Shown in pieces: positions 1 through 12,289 of a stretch of DNA of 64,000 nt (within the stretch, counting starts at the first letter, position 1; each line of letters begins with the position of its first letter). A program made the translations under genes and the position numbers. Location: the NCBI GenBank assembly GCA_964016885.1, contig OZ024742.1, forward strand, positions 264,120,001 to 264,184,000, written 5' to 3'. The stretch comes from Eledone cirrhosa (lineage: Eukaryota). The notes beneath the pieces were generated by a model, which saw only the letters and a program-made list of their open reading frames with translations, did not search any database and had not been told where the DNA came from.

Positions 1-50
<50 letters not shown>
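1..50. repeat. (GT)n microsatellite
   Basis: Pure GT run. Confidence 0.95.
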
Positions 51-52
<2 letters not shown>

Positions 53-327
53 TATATATATATGTATTTATAATGTATGTATGTATATATGTGTGGATAA
101 GTGTGTATATGTGGGAACGTGTGTGTATGGATATATATGTGTAGGCTATATACATAAAACATTGTTGGCTGCGGAAAACAGGAAGACGTAAAGACACATC
201 AACAGGTATGGTAAGTTGTGGTTGGGCGAGGGTTGTAGAGGGACAGAACTACATCTGAGATCAACAAAAACATGACATCACAAGCTGCTATTGCATCGTT
301 AATTATAACTGACATTTATAAATTAGA

Positions 328-343
328 TTTGTAGTAGTAGTAC

Positions 344-374
<31 letters not shown>

Positions 375-433
375 TGTTGTTGTAGTAGTAGTAGTAGTAG
401 TAGTAGTTGTTGTTGTAGTAGTAGTAGTAGTAA

Positions 434-477
<44 letters not shown>

Positions 478-483
478 GTTGTT

Positions 484-527
<44 letters not shown>

Positions 528-648
528 GGTAGTGGTGGTAGTAGTAGTAGTAGTAGTAGTTGTAGTAGTAGTCGTGGTGGTGGTGGTAGTAATAGTAGTA
601 GTAGTAGTAGTAGTAGTAGTTGTAGTAGTAGTAGTAGTAGTGGTGGTG

Positions 649-684
<36 letters not shown>

Positions 685-734
685 GTATCAGCAACAGAGA
701 GTAAAGATAAGTGATTCTGCTGCTACTGCTGCTG

Positions 735-771
<37 letters not shown>

Positions 772-865
772 ACCACTACCACCACCACCATCACCACTAC
801 TACTACTGCTGCTACTCCTCCTCCTCCTCCTCCTACTACTACTATTACTACTACTTCTACTACTA
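328..865. repeat. (GTA/GTG)n tract followed by complementary (TAC/CAC)n tract
   Basis: About 360 bp of GTA-type repeat, a ~35 bp spacer, then ~145 bp of CTA-type repeat. Confidence 0.95.
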
Positions 866-1375
866 ATTGTTTCATTTATTGGCCACAATGGCCGACATAG
901 AGGGGAGACTACAGTAGACTGGAACAGTGGGGGTTTACATATAAAACGTTTAAAAATATAAATAACAATAACAAAATAACAAGAAAAATACAACAATGAA
1001 AATTCCCCAATAGAGGGGGGGGGGAACCACCCAGGGTTGACTCAGGTATCCCCACGAGTCCTGAACTACACAGTGCTTCGAGGGCACCCGGGAAGAGCAC
1101 CCCATTCCTCCTCAAATTCACCAGCCTACAGGCGCATGGTCAGTGTAGGCCCACTCACAGGGAGCACTCTCGCTACATTCACCCACCTTTCAGCAAATGT
1201 ACTAGGGGCAGTACTTCTCTCTCCGCCCTCACCTTCCTTTCCAAGTGAAACTTCGGATTGGCTGAAGAGAAAAGTGTCTGGCTTCAGTCCTTTCAACCTG
1301 GTCCACCATGCAACCTCTTTTGCTACTGCCACCAGACAGGATATTGTCTGTCCTTCCTGGCCAAAAGAAGGTGGC
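866..1375 (-). mobile_element. Tx1/L1-like LINE 3' fragment
   Basis: Minus-strand peptide (SCLVAVAKEVAWWTRLKGLKPDTF...ERWVNVAR) is similar to copies at 33.9-34.4 kb and 15.5-15.9 kb. It ends ggccattgtggccAATAAA followed by a (TAG)n tail. Confidence 0.75.
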
Positions 1376-1722
1376 GGGTCGTTTTCACTGTAGCTGTTGT
1401 TATTGATAGTGCTGTTGGCGAGACTGTCTAATGTTCTGTCGAGGTTCATATTTGTTGTTGAAGGGCGTTATTAGCCTTAACGTTTAAGCCGCTGGTCCCA
1501 CCATGTTTTTTTTTTTGATAATTTAAAAAACAATCAACGTTCAAATATTTGGGTCAACAAGCCCAAATATTGTAAATCTTCCCTTCACAGTGCACAGAAG
1601 GAATTCTTACGACCCCTTTTCAAAAACAATAACACAATAATACAACAATTAATTCTAAAGAAAAGCCTTGAAAAAGTACTACCTTGCTGAGCTCATAAAA
1701 TACGTCTACTCAATCCCACGAC
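1376..1722 (-). mobile_element. Possible 5'/ORF1 remnant of the same LINE type
   Basis: N/T-rich stretch with weak similarity to the 5' region at 12.3-12.6 kb; fused directly to the 3' fragment. Confidence 0.35.
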
Positions 1723-1726
1723 CAAT

Positions 1727-1727
1727 A

Positions 1728-1809
<82 letters not shown>

Positions 1810-1870
1810 GGAGGAGGAGGAGGGAGGGGGAGGGGGAGGAGGATGAGGATGAGGAGGTGGAGGAAGGAGA
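1727..1870. repeat. (ATG)n then (GAG)n microsatellite
   Basis: Read directly from the sequence. Confidence 0.95.
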
Positions 1871-3084
1871 CGATTGAATTTATAGACCACAAGGACCTAA
1901 GACATTGGGGATAATGTAAGGACAAAAACAACATAGAGTGGTGTTTACATGAAGCAAAGGAAAGGAGTCATCACTGAAGAGATAACGACAAGAATAACAA
2001 TAATAGAAATTGTAATGAATATATAATAGAAAACGATAACAAATCTCACTGAAGACCCAATAGCTGATGCGCTCTGGTTTTAGTGTAATTCTAGGGAGAA
2101 ACCCCACAAAATCCTAAATTACTCTGTTATTTTATGGCAGTTGAATGTGGCCTATACCGTTCTTTTTTCATCTTACTTAGAAAAGCATAATCAGAAATAG
2201 GCCAATAGTAAGCTATTCTTAAAAGGTAGGGGTCGCAAATGTGTACACCGCGTCCATTATCTACTATTGCCTGACCCTCATGCCTTGTACTGGTCCTTGT
2301 CTATTCAATTGTTCTTGTGGAAGGGATCCGTTCCGTTCATCAGGCGATCAATCTCACCATCGAATAGATATCACCGCGCATTGCAGCGAACGATCTCGTT
2401 GAGAACGGGATCAAAACCGGCTTCCTTGAGGACTATCCTAGATACCGACGAGATTGGCCCTCGACCAATTCTTCAACGCAAAACACCACGACTGCGTTGT
2501 CAGAGCTAGAGCGCGTGTTCTTAAACACGAAGGGGCAAAAGCTGTTCGATTGACGCAAATACCCATACAATAGCAGACACACAGACAGTAGACAGACACA
2601 CACATATAACACACACGAATATTCCTTGATCCATTCTCTGATGACAAAATCGAATTCGGCTGAGTTTAGGGCAGCTGCCAGCGAGCGATGGTTAATTCCG
2701 TCCACTGATCAATTTTCGCTATCTGTCAGCCAATACTGGAGATAAAAAATCTTGGCATGTTCGAATAGAATTCGGAAGAAGAATCCTCTAGATTTGTTCC
2801 TCAGGTGTGTATATATGTGCGTGTAAACGCGCGTGTAATTATGTGTGTACGCGCGCGCGCTTTTATATTTGCATGTGTGTGAGTGTGTTTGTGTGTGTGT
2901 GTGTATGTGTGAATGTGTATCTTCGTATTGTATGTATGTCTCGTATAACTCCTGATATAATTGTAGGAGCACTGTGATGACATTTTAAAACTTGGTGGAG
3001 GACATCCCCTATCCAGCTCTGAATACAGCCAATTTCTCCCAGAGAAAGAGATAAGGAAGGTAAGAAAGCGGTACAGAGAAAGAA

Positions 3085-3245
3085 TCAACCAGTTACTTGA
3101 CTGGTACTTTTTTTTATCGACTTTGGAAAGATGACAAGCAAATTTGACTTCGATCGGATTTGAACTCAGCGCAAAGAACCGGAACGAATTTTGTAAAAGT
3201 TTCTAACCAACGTTCTAATGACTCCAGTTCGCTGCCTAGCATCGT
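3085..3245 (-). mobile_element. tRNA-derived SINE, degenerate
   Basis: Reverse complement contains ctgagttcaaatccg...gtcgataaaaaaaagtaccagt, as in other copies in the window. Confidence 0.65.
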
Positions 3246-4056
3246 ATTACGATTATCGTATGGACGTTGAAATAATAGTGTATGTGAGTGAGTGTGTGCG
3301 TGTATTCGTGTTGCGATTAACTTATAAACGTAGAAATAAGAATAACAATTTATATAAATAAGAGTACCAGTAATGGTGCGCGATCTATAATAATGAGAAT
3401 GGGAAGTCGGTACAGAAATTCTATTGAATAAGTTATTTGCTTCCAGGCACACTGTCGCCATTCATTCAGAATTACTTCTGACAATGAAAATTAATTGCGT
3501 ACATGACAAGAATATTTTCTAAAAGATTTTCGTCAAACGACATTGCTATATCTTTATCTCTAAGTAATCGAACATGAACCAATGAGTGAGATTCAGCGTG
3601 AGTGCTACAAGTCCTTGCTTCCTTAAATATTTCTTCTACAGAGAAAATACAACACATGACCAGTACAATTCACTAAAAAATTAGGTGGTCGTCTGAAACG
3701 CTAAAATCATTGGTTCTTGCTTGTATACAGCAAACAGTCAAAGCGCTAAAATGTGTTGACGTCACATTGGCTGTATTCAGTAAATAGCCATAACTAGGAA
3801 AAGAGGGCGTATATTATAGATCTGGCTAAAAGTGTTGTATACATTACAACCAGCCCTGAATACGAGTCAACGAAATATCTTCTCTGCATGTCAATCACAA
3901 GGTGGTGATACAGCATGGTCCCTTCATGGAGATACTCAGCTACTCACATAAGTGAAACGTACCAGTCCAGTCAGGGTCGATATAACTCACTGTATGCTTC
4001 CCTTCAAATTGCTGGCTTTGTTCCAAAAGTAGAAACAGTAGAATTATTATTATTAT

Positions 4057-7000
4057 TTGAAAGTTCCTTTGAATTCTGCTTCCTTCCTAAATCATGTTGA
4101 ATGTCAACCTGGCACCTGGGGCAAAATTTGATAATACACATATTTTACAATCAATTGCCATTCAAATGATGTCATAAGGGCACAGACAACAGTAAATGTC
4201 TTTGCAAGGTTTTTAAATTGATAATGTCTTTCTCAGGACATGGACAGTGCCAGTCAACACTATTTTCTGTATCTCTTGCAGAGATGGCTTTCCAGGTATC
4301 CGGTCCAATCATTTTTCAGTTCCCTTTGTTATCATTCCAAGTGCACCGACTATCACTGGTAATATACAGGCTTTAAGGTGCCACATTTCTCAATTTCAGT
4401 TGGTAGATCTTTATACTTAATGAACCTTCCAAACTCTTTCGAGATGTTACAATCTGATGGAATGCTCATATCAATTAAGAAACATCTTTCTCTTTATGGT
4501 ATTTCACAATTATGTAAACTCGGTTGGCCTTGATTGTTCGGTCAGTGTTCACAAGGAAATCCCGTAGAATTGTCGCGTTCTAGCCTCCTGTTACTGCATC
4601 TGGATGATGGTTTTACCATGTTCCCTCTGTTTTCACACTATGGAACCTGCACGTTACCCAGTGTAAGTATTTCCCCACTTTATCATGCCTCATTTTATAT
4701 TACTGAGGAACTAATACTTTGCAGCCTGAAACCAAGTGGTCATTGGTCTCAACATGCTCATCACAGAATCGACACTTTGAGTTAGTTTTATGTCTGATCA
4801 CATTGGCTTGAAAGTTGCGCGTTGAAAGACAGTGGTCTTGTGCAGCTAGCTAAAATGAATCCCTCACTGTTTGCCTTTAGTCCAGAACTCTGCAGCCACT
4901 GATGGCTGAGAGATTGATCTACATCAGGTTCTTTGCTGGAGAGAACATACATGCAGTGGTTTTTGCTCCCAATTAGTGCAGTCTCTCTTGACCTGCATAT
5001 TTTTCAAACATCTTGATGTTCTTTGCGGTTTTAAATGCAACATCGCAATCATTTTCAAAATGTATTTCCAATTCTTCTGTAAACTTCCTACTTTCCTTTG
5101 TGACTGAATGTGACCTCTTCTTCCTTTCGGGATTTGTAACCATTTTCATCATCCAGTCATCTGTGGTATTGCGTTGAGTCCAATGGTCGATATATTGTAT
5201 GATAGTTGTAGCTGGATCATTCCCCTACTCTGTTTTGTCTAGGGAGATAGAGGTGATCCACACCTGCTTTTGGGTGATGTATTTTATTACAGATCACACG
5301 TTTCCTGATTTTGGTGTCCAATTTCTTAATTTCACTACCATTGTAATTTATGATATTGACACTGTAGGTGACAACTGGGATTGCAAGCAAATTTATGACA
5401 GATGGCTTATTCCTCGAGTTTTCAAGACAACGCGTACTCTCCGGTAGCATTCCTTCCTGATTCTCTCTTTCATGCTGACATGGTGAATACCTTGGCCTTC
5501 ATTGATCCTTAGATATCTGTAGGCTTGTTCCTGTTCTAGTTCCATAATTACTGTATTCACATCTATTTTCATTGAGTGTGTGCTTGTCATTCTGCCTTTC
5601 TTGAATGTTGCTTTGGCATGTTTTTCCGATCCAAATTCTATCCCCCCCCCCACACCATCGCTGAACACATTAACTGTCCTCAAGTAGTCCTTCCAATCCG
5701 TTGTCATTTTTGGCATACAGCTTCAAGTCTTCCATATAAAACAGGTGGTTTATTGTTTTGATATCTATTTTGTAGCCATATTTTGTTTTGTTGAGTGATA
5801 AAGACAGCGGTGTGAGTGCAATACAAAATATCAGAGAGGAAAACGAATCAACTTGAAAAATACCACAGTTAATACTTATGTTGCTGGAATTTATAGTCCC
5901 ATCAATGTATTGAGCAACCTTTCTGCTCAATACCAAAAAAAGGATTCTCATCCATAAATTTGTAGGTTGTCTCAATGAAGATTGGGGTGAGAATGTTGTA
6001 TGATGTGGGAAGGCATGTGATAGGACGATAATTTGTTTCTGTTGTTTTTGGCAAAAAATATGTTATATCTTGTAAACATAAGTCAGGGGTTTTCTCAGGA
6101 TTGTGCATAATTTCATTATAGCATTTTACCAACATACCATTGGTAATTGGTAGCAGTTAGAGAAGCTAACCAGAAGTTTGGCACTTTATCAGTGCCAGAT
6201 TTCCATTTGTTTCCTTTCTTTCGTGTAAACTCCAGTTCTTCTATAGTTATGTCTTGCCCAGTTTGCCTTTCTGAATTATTGTATGTTTCTTCCATGTCCT
6301 TTATCTATTCTGCATTTGCCTTATGATATTTTTCTGTACGCCATACTGTTTTCCAAAATTCTTGAATTTCATCATTTGAAGGAGGTTGTTTTTCTTGAAT
6401 TGTTTGTGTCCCAATTTCGCTATAGATCCTTTTTGCATCAATTGTAAACAGCTCATTTTGTCTGTAAAACTTATTTCGCTTTTCAAATCGTCTGATTCCT
6501 TCAGCTTTCAGTTGTACTTTCTGTTTCAGGGTTTCTTTCATTGATGGAATATCAAGTTTTGAAGTTACTTTGTATTTTTTAATCACTTTTCTTCCTTTTC
6601 TTGACTTGACAGATTTCCCAGTACATATTTCATTCAGGATCGATATTTCTCCCTTCATCATTTCAATTTTTTTCTAAATTTATATCTTCCATGGGGAATT
6701 TTTGTGAGTGTTGTTTCATTTTCGTATTTTTTTTTTTTGTATAACACACATTTCCTTTCTATTACCCTTGCTGCTGCATAAATTACCTCATTCATTTTTG
6801 GTATATCAGGGTACATCTCTTCAATTATTCTGGTTGTAGCTTGGCAGTTTTTGCGAGGACCCTCTTTCCCTTATACTAACGCTTTTTTAATTTCCCAAGT
6901 TTATTAAGAAATTTTTGTTTTCTTTGTTCTATTTGATATAGTCAATCTATATTTCAGCTTGACCCTGCTCTGTTGTGTCTCTTCTGTCACATATTCAACT

Positions 7001-7610
7001 CTATACCTTTCTGATATTGGTATCCTCAAATCATTTTTCAACATTCTTCTTCATTTCATGTATCTCTGCATCTTTTAGTTTCTTGTTTCTAAGAATATCC
7101 ATTCTTACATTTGCAATTTTGTTTTCGTCTAGGTTTGGTCTCATTTCTGGATTTCTTTCCCTCCATACTTTAAAAGAATAAACTGTGTGTTTTGATTCCA
7201 ATGGTTTGCCCAATGAGTGATAGAATACGTATTTCACGTCTTTATACTCTTCTCGAGTCTATTTGATACATTGAGGTTTTTGTCTTCCTTGTAGTGCTGG
7301 ACTTGAAGGGCTTGGGTTGAGATTATTATCGTTCATGTGACCATTCAAGCGCGTATTTGGAGAAGAGCTCGTTTCAGTTGCAGACTTTTTGAACCTAGGC
7401 TGATTCCTCTCTGAGGGACGCAACCCTTGTTGTCACGGGCGGCGACCGATCTGGTCTGTTGAGATTGTGGGCCTTTTTTTGTTTCTTCATGCGTTTTATC
7501 CTTCTCCGTCAAGGAGTAATTTTGTTCAAGATACCACAGGACAATTATCAACCAAGATTAGTGAGCTTATTCTGCTCATGAGACACAGCTACTCCCTGCC
7601 GAGTGCCAGT
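4057..7610 (-). mobile_element. R4/Dong-clade non-LTR retrotransposon (RT plus restriction-like endonuclease), decayed
   Basis: RT fragments NYRPITCLPTSY, EQKGC, GIFQxDS and LFYMEDLKLYAK. C-terminal AAQD, CCHC remnant and LIDxSIP...KYKDL...PVIVGALG. The 3' end abuts (ATT)n. Many frameshifts. Confidence 0.85.
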
Positions 7611-8080
7611 CAGTTATTTCTTGACCACGGGTTTTCTTATTAGTACTGTCTTTAATGTTTTCTTCATGTAAACCTTTTGTGGTTAATAAAGAAATCAAAA
7701 CTATCATCATCACAACCACCATCATTATCAATATCATTATCACCATTATTATTGCTAGTGTTATTTGATTTCTACAGCCAGTTTAAGGTCAACAAAATCA
7801 TGTCGGCTTTTCTTATGTTAAAAGAAAGTGGAGGGATGGGGTGATACTTTTTATAGTACAATTAATTTGTTCTTTCTCTTCGCCACTTTAAGAAATCGTG
7901 CAGCTTATGAGAAATTATGACTGGAAATTTGAAAACGTTCTATGCCCGATCACTGTCTGAGAGAAATCATTTCCGGTCATCAAGGCAATCATCCCATCAA
8001 ACGATGGAATGAAATTTGTGAACGGAATGAGAACAAAAATTGAACATAAACTCACTTCCGACACACATACACACACACAC

Positions 8081-8450
8081 ATCGTAAGCATCGGACACCT
8101 TGCTTTGTGACATAGAGATGTGGCCCTTTACGTTCTGAGTTGAAATCCTGACGAGGTTTTCATTCTTACGGGCTTGATAAAATAAAGCACCAGTAATACA
8201 CTCAGGTCAATTTAATCGACTTTCCCCCTTCAAATTGCTGGCCTTGTGCCTGAAGTAGAAACAATTATTATTGGATTGGCAGTATCGGTAGAGGGTCGGA
8301 TACCATGCTTTCCAGCATAGAGTTACATCCCTTTACGGTCTGTGTTCAAATGCCGCCGAGGTTAACTTTGCCTTTCATCCTTACGGGGTCGATAGAATAA
8401 AGTACCGGCAATGCACTGGGGTATGGCCTTGTTCCAAAAGTAGAAATATG
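8081..8450 (+). mobile_element. Two tandem tRNA-derived SINE copies
   Basis: Both contain gttcaaat...ccgaggtt...gtcgata..ataaagtaccag...ggccttgt...agtagaaac. Confidence 0.8.
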
Positions 8451-8729
8451 ATTATTATTATTATTGGTTATTGGTGTGATCGGATGTCTTTTTCTCGCTC
8501 CCGTAAGTCTATTTACCTCTTTTAAATCATTTATTGTTATTTTTTTGTTGTCAAGAGGGGAGACCCAATATATTTGGGACTTTGGCCCAAATATTTCCAT
8601 TATCCCTTGTTTTGTTTGTGTCGGTAATATACATATTTTTTTAATGAAGGCAACGACCCCAGCGATCCAGCACGAGTGAACAGGTGATGCCACGTGACGG
8701 TCCACAGGTCATCACCTCAATGCTCATCA

Positions 8730-8932
8730 GTATCACCGTCGCAAGGGCCACCGTCGCCAACAACGACAGCAGCCACAATAGCAACAGCAACAGCAATGAC
8801 ACCGCCAGCTGCAGCAGCAGCAGTGGCAACAACAGCAGCAGCAGTGGTAACAACAGCAGCAGTAGCAACAACAACAGCAGCTGCAGTAGCAACAGCAACA
8901 ACAACAGCAGCAGCAGTAGCAGCAGCAGCAAC
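8730..8932. repeat. (CAG/CAA)n low-complexity tract
   Basis: Read directly from the sequence. Confidence 0.9.
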
Positions 8933-9029
8933 GGTGAAAGAAACATACGGCTTATCTGGAGCATTTTAAATCGGCTTATTGCAAATAACAACCCGCAAAA
9001 TAACACTTCATATAACAGATTAATGTTAT

Positions 9030-12000
9030 AGACATATGAATCGGAATGTAACCCGTGAACTTTTCCCGGGCAAAATTATTCGAACAGACATGACCTCATT
9101 GCCAGAGTGTTCAGACTGAAACTGGCTAAATTCATGGCTTTAATTAAAAAGGGTCAGGTATTTGGGACTGTAAAATGTGACGTGTTCACCGTCGAATGGC
9201 AAAAACGAGGGCTGCCACATGCTCACATTTTGATTAGGTTAGCTGATAAAATCAATTCAAATGCCATAGACAGCTTCATTTCGGCTGAAATCCCTAACCC
9301 AGCAACTGACCAGGAATTACATGACGTCGTCAAAGCTAACATGGTCCGTGTGCGTCGGGTCCTAATGAGCATCACACGTATATGAAAGGGGAGTCGTGCA
9401 GTAAGGGATACCCCAAAAGATTTGTTGAAGAGACTCAGACTGGTGGCGACGGGTAGCCCCTGTACAGGCGGAGACGGCCCGAGAACGGTCGCTTCACCAC
9501 AACAGTAAAGGAAGGTCAAGTCGACAATAGATGGGTGGTCCCTTACTGCCCGCTTCTCTTGAAGATGTTCAACGCCCACATCAACGTTGGGTTTTGCAAC
9601 TCCGTCAAGTCGATAAAATACATATGCAATTATGTAAATAAGGGCTCTGATGCCGCAATGCTCGCATTTCAAGCTACAAATAGCAGGGACGAGGTCACAG
9701 AATACCTGGTGGGGTGGTACATCAGTAACAATGAAGCTTTTTGGCGCCTATTTGGTTTACCCCTACACCAACGGCACAACACCGTACAGATTGCGGTACA
9801 TTTGGAAAATGGGCAAAGGGTTTACTTTACGGACCAAACCGCCGCCAAGTTGGCCGCCAATCCGAAAGAGACTACTCTGACGGGTTTCTTCAAACTGTGC
9901 CAGTTCGATACATTTGCGCAAACAATTGTGTACCGCCAAGTTCCATCCTACTCTATATGGTCGAAAAAAACACTTGGGTGCAAAGAAAGTCAGGTCAGGT
10001 TGTTGAAAGACATCCTGGTGTACAATTTGACAGCTGTCTTGGAAGGGTTTACACTGTGCTTCCAAGTCAGTATGAATGCTTTCATCTCCGCCTTCTTCTG
10101 CATGAAGTTGTAGGCCCACAAAGTTTTCAGGACCTCAAAACTGTTGATGGAGAAATATGTGATGCGTACCGGGAAGCCTGCTTTAAGCGTGGTCTTTTGG
10201 AAGATGATTCACAATGAAATTCCACATTAGCAGAGGGTGCTTTGTTGAAATCACTTAAAAGTCTACGGAAACTCTTTGCAATTTTGCTTCAAAAGTGTGA
10301 ATTGGGTGATCCCAAATTTTTATGGGTCAAGTACAGAGACTTCATGTCTGAGGACTTCCTGCGCCTGGCTCATCTGCAGTATCCTTCAGTGGAAGTTGGT
10401 TACAGGAACATTATCTACAACAGGGCACTCATTGATATCGAGGACGCCCTCCTCGACATGGGTGGGAGTGAGTTGGCAACGTATGGCTTGCCGTCAACGG
10501 TCAGAGAGGAAGCTAACACGTTGGCCCCGGATATGTTGCGGGAAACAGTATATGACATCGAATGTATTTCCCAGTACTTAGAGGAAAATGAGCCCAAACT
10601 TCTGTCGGACCAAAGGTTGGCCTATTTAACTATCATTGACGCGGTTCAAAATCAGACTGGGGGTATTTACTTTCTCGATGCTCCTGGGGGTACCAGAAAA
10701 ACTTTTACAACGAAATTGATTCTCGCTAAGATTCGTCAGGAGAAAAAAATTGCGTTGGCCGTTGCATCGTCCGGGTTCGCTGCTACTTTGCTGCCGGGAG
10801 GGAGGACAGCACATTCAACCTTTAAACTCCCCTTGGATTTAGTAAAAACTGAGACACCAACATGCAATATCAGCAAGAGCTCACACGAAGACTGGTTTTC
10901 CAAAAATGTTGCCTCATTGTTTGGAATGAGTGCACATGGCACACAAGGGTGACCTTGAGGCATTGGACAGGACCCTGAAAGACATTAGGGATTCTACGGC
11001 TAATACGGGTGGCGTAACCCTTCTGCTATCAGGGGATTTTCGGCAAACGCTGCCTGTAATACCAAAAGGGACAAGAGCTGATGAAGTGCGTGCCTGCCTT
11101 AAGTCGTCCATGTTGTGGTCCCAGGTGAAGAGTTTGTACCTGAGCACAAATATGCGTGCTCATTTGCATGGTGACAACCATGTAGAATTTGCTCAGAACA
11201 TTTTAGCACTTGGTGAGGGCAAGGTACCCGTGGATGACAAGGGCGGCATAGCAATCGATTCCCTGTGCAACATTGTGAGCAGCCCTTATGATATTTGGGA
11301 AGCTGTTTTTCATGATGTTTCATCTAACTTTAAAAACCTCGATTGGCTTAGCGAAAGCGCCATCCTTGCTACGAAACATGCCATGGTTAATTTTATTAAC
11401 GAGCAGCTGATTGAGAAGATTCCCGGTAAAGAGCACATCTTCAAATCTATCGACCGGACGTCAGACTCCGACGATATCGTTAATTATCCGGTTGAGTTAT
11501 TAACTTCTCTTGAGCCCCCAGGGCTCCCACCTCAAATTCTTAAGCTTAGGGTTGGCTGTCCCATTATGCTAATAAGGAACTTGTGTCCACCAAAGCAGTG
11601 CAACGGTACTCGCATGGTCGTCAAATCACTGACGCCCCTCTTGATTGAGGCCACCATTGTAACGGGGTGCGGGAGAGGGGAGAATGTTTTCATTCCAAGG
11701 ATGAACCTTTTCCCCTCGGCGTCAGATATCCTGTTCGATTTCCGGCGATCCCAATTCCCGATGAGACCATGTTTTGCCATGTCCATTAACAAGTCACAAG
11801 GGCAAACATTGTCGGTGGCGGGCATCCATTTGGGAGAGCCATGCTTCTCCTATGGCCAACTTTATGTTGCCTGTTCCCGCGTAGGGAGCAGGAATGGATT
11901 TTTTGCTCGCACTCCTCAAGGGATGACACGCAATATCGTCTACAAAGAGGTGCTATAGATGTTGGTACAGGTGTTGGAGGTGTTGGAGCTATGCCGTTTG

Positions 12001-12281
12001 GAAAACTATTTCCTGGTAGGGTCACCCATGGCGGACAGATCTGACACCCAGCGGCATCAGGGCCACCATCTTGCAACTTTGGTCTGCTAAATTCGCTATT
12101 GCAAGATTATTAACCCATCATTGATTGTCCAAAATGCTAATTGTTTCCTAACTTTTAATAACCGGTTCAACTGCTTTATGCACTTAATTGATAAGCTTAT
12201 TCGCTTTCAAGCCCCGTTTACCTGTATGTAACTTTTCATAGCAAACGAACAAACCCGAGCAACGCCGGGCTAAACTGCTAG
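9030..12281 (+). mobile_element. Helitron Rep/Hel (HUH endonuclease plus PIF1 helicase), 5'-truncated and frameshifted
   Basis: VEWQKRGLPHAHIL (HUH), KYICNYVNKGSD, FLDAPGGTRKT (Walker A), GDFRQTLPV, FAMSINKSQGQTL, GQLYVACSRV, NIVYKEVL. The 3' hairpin cccgagcaacgccggg is followed by CTAG|T at 12278-12282. Confidence 0.95.
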
Positions 12282-12289
12282 TATTGAAT

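Noticed and set aside
10930-11958. Host PIF1 helicase gene
   Set aside because: It is contiguous with HUH Rep motifs and a hairpin-CTAG terminus and is frameshifted, so it is a Helitron.
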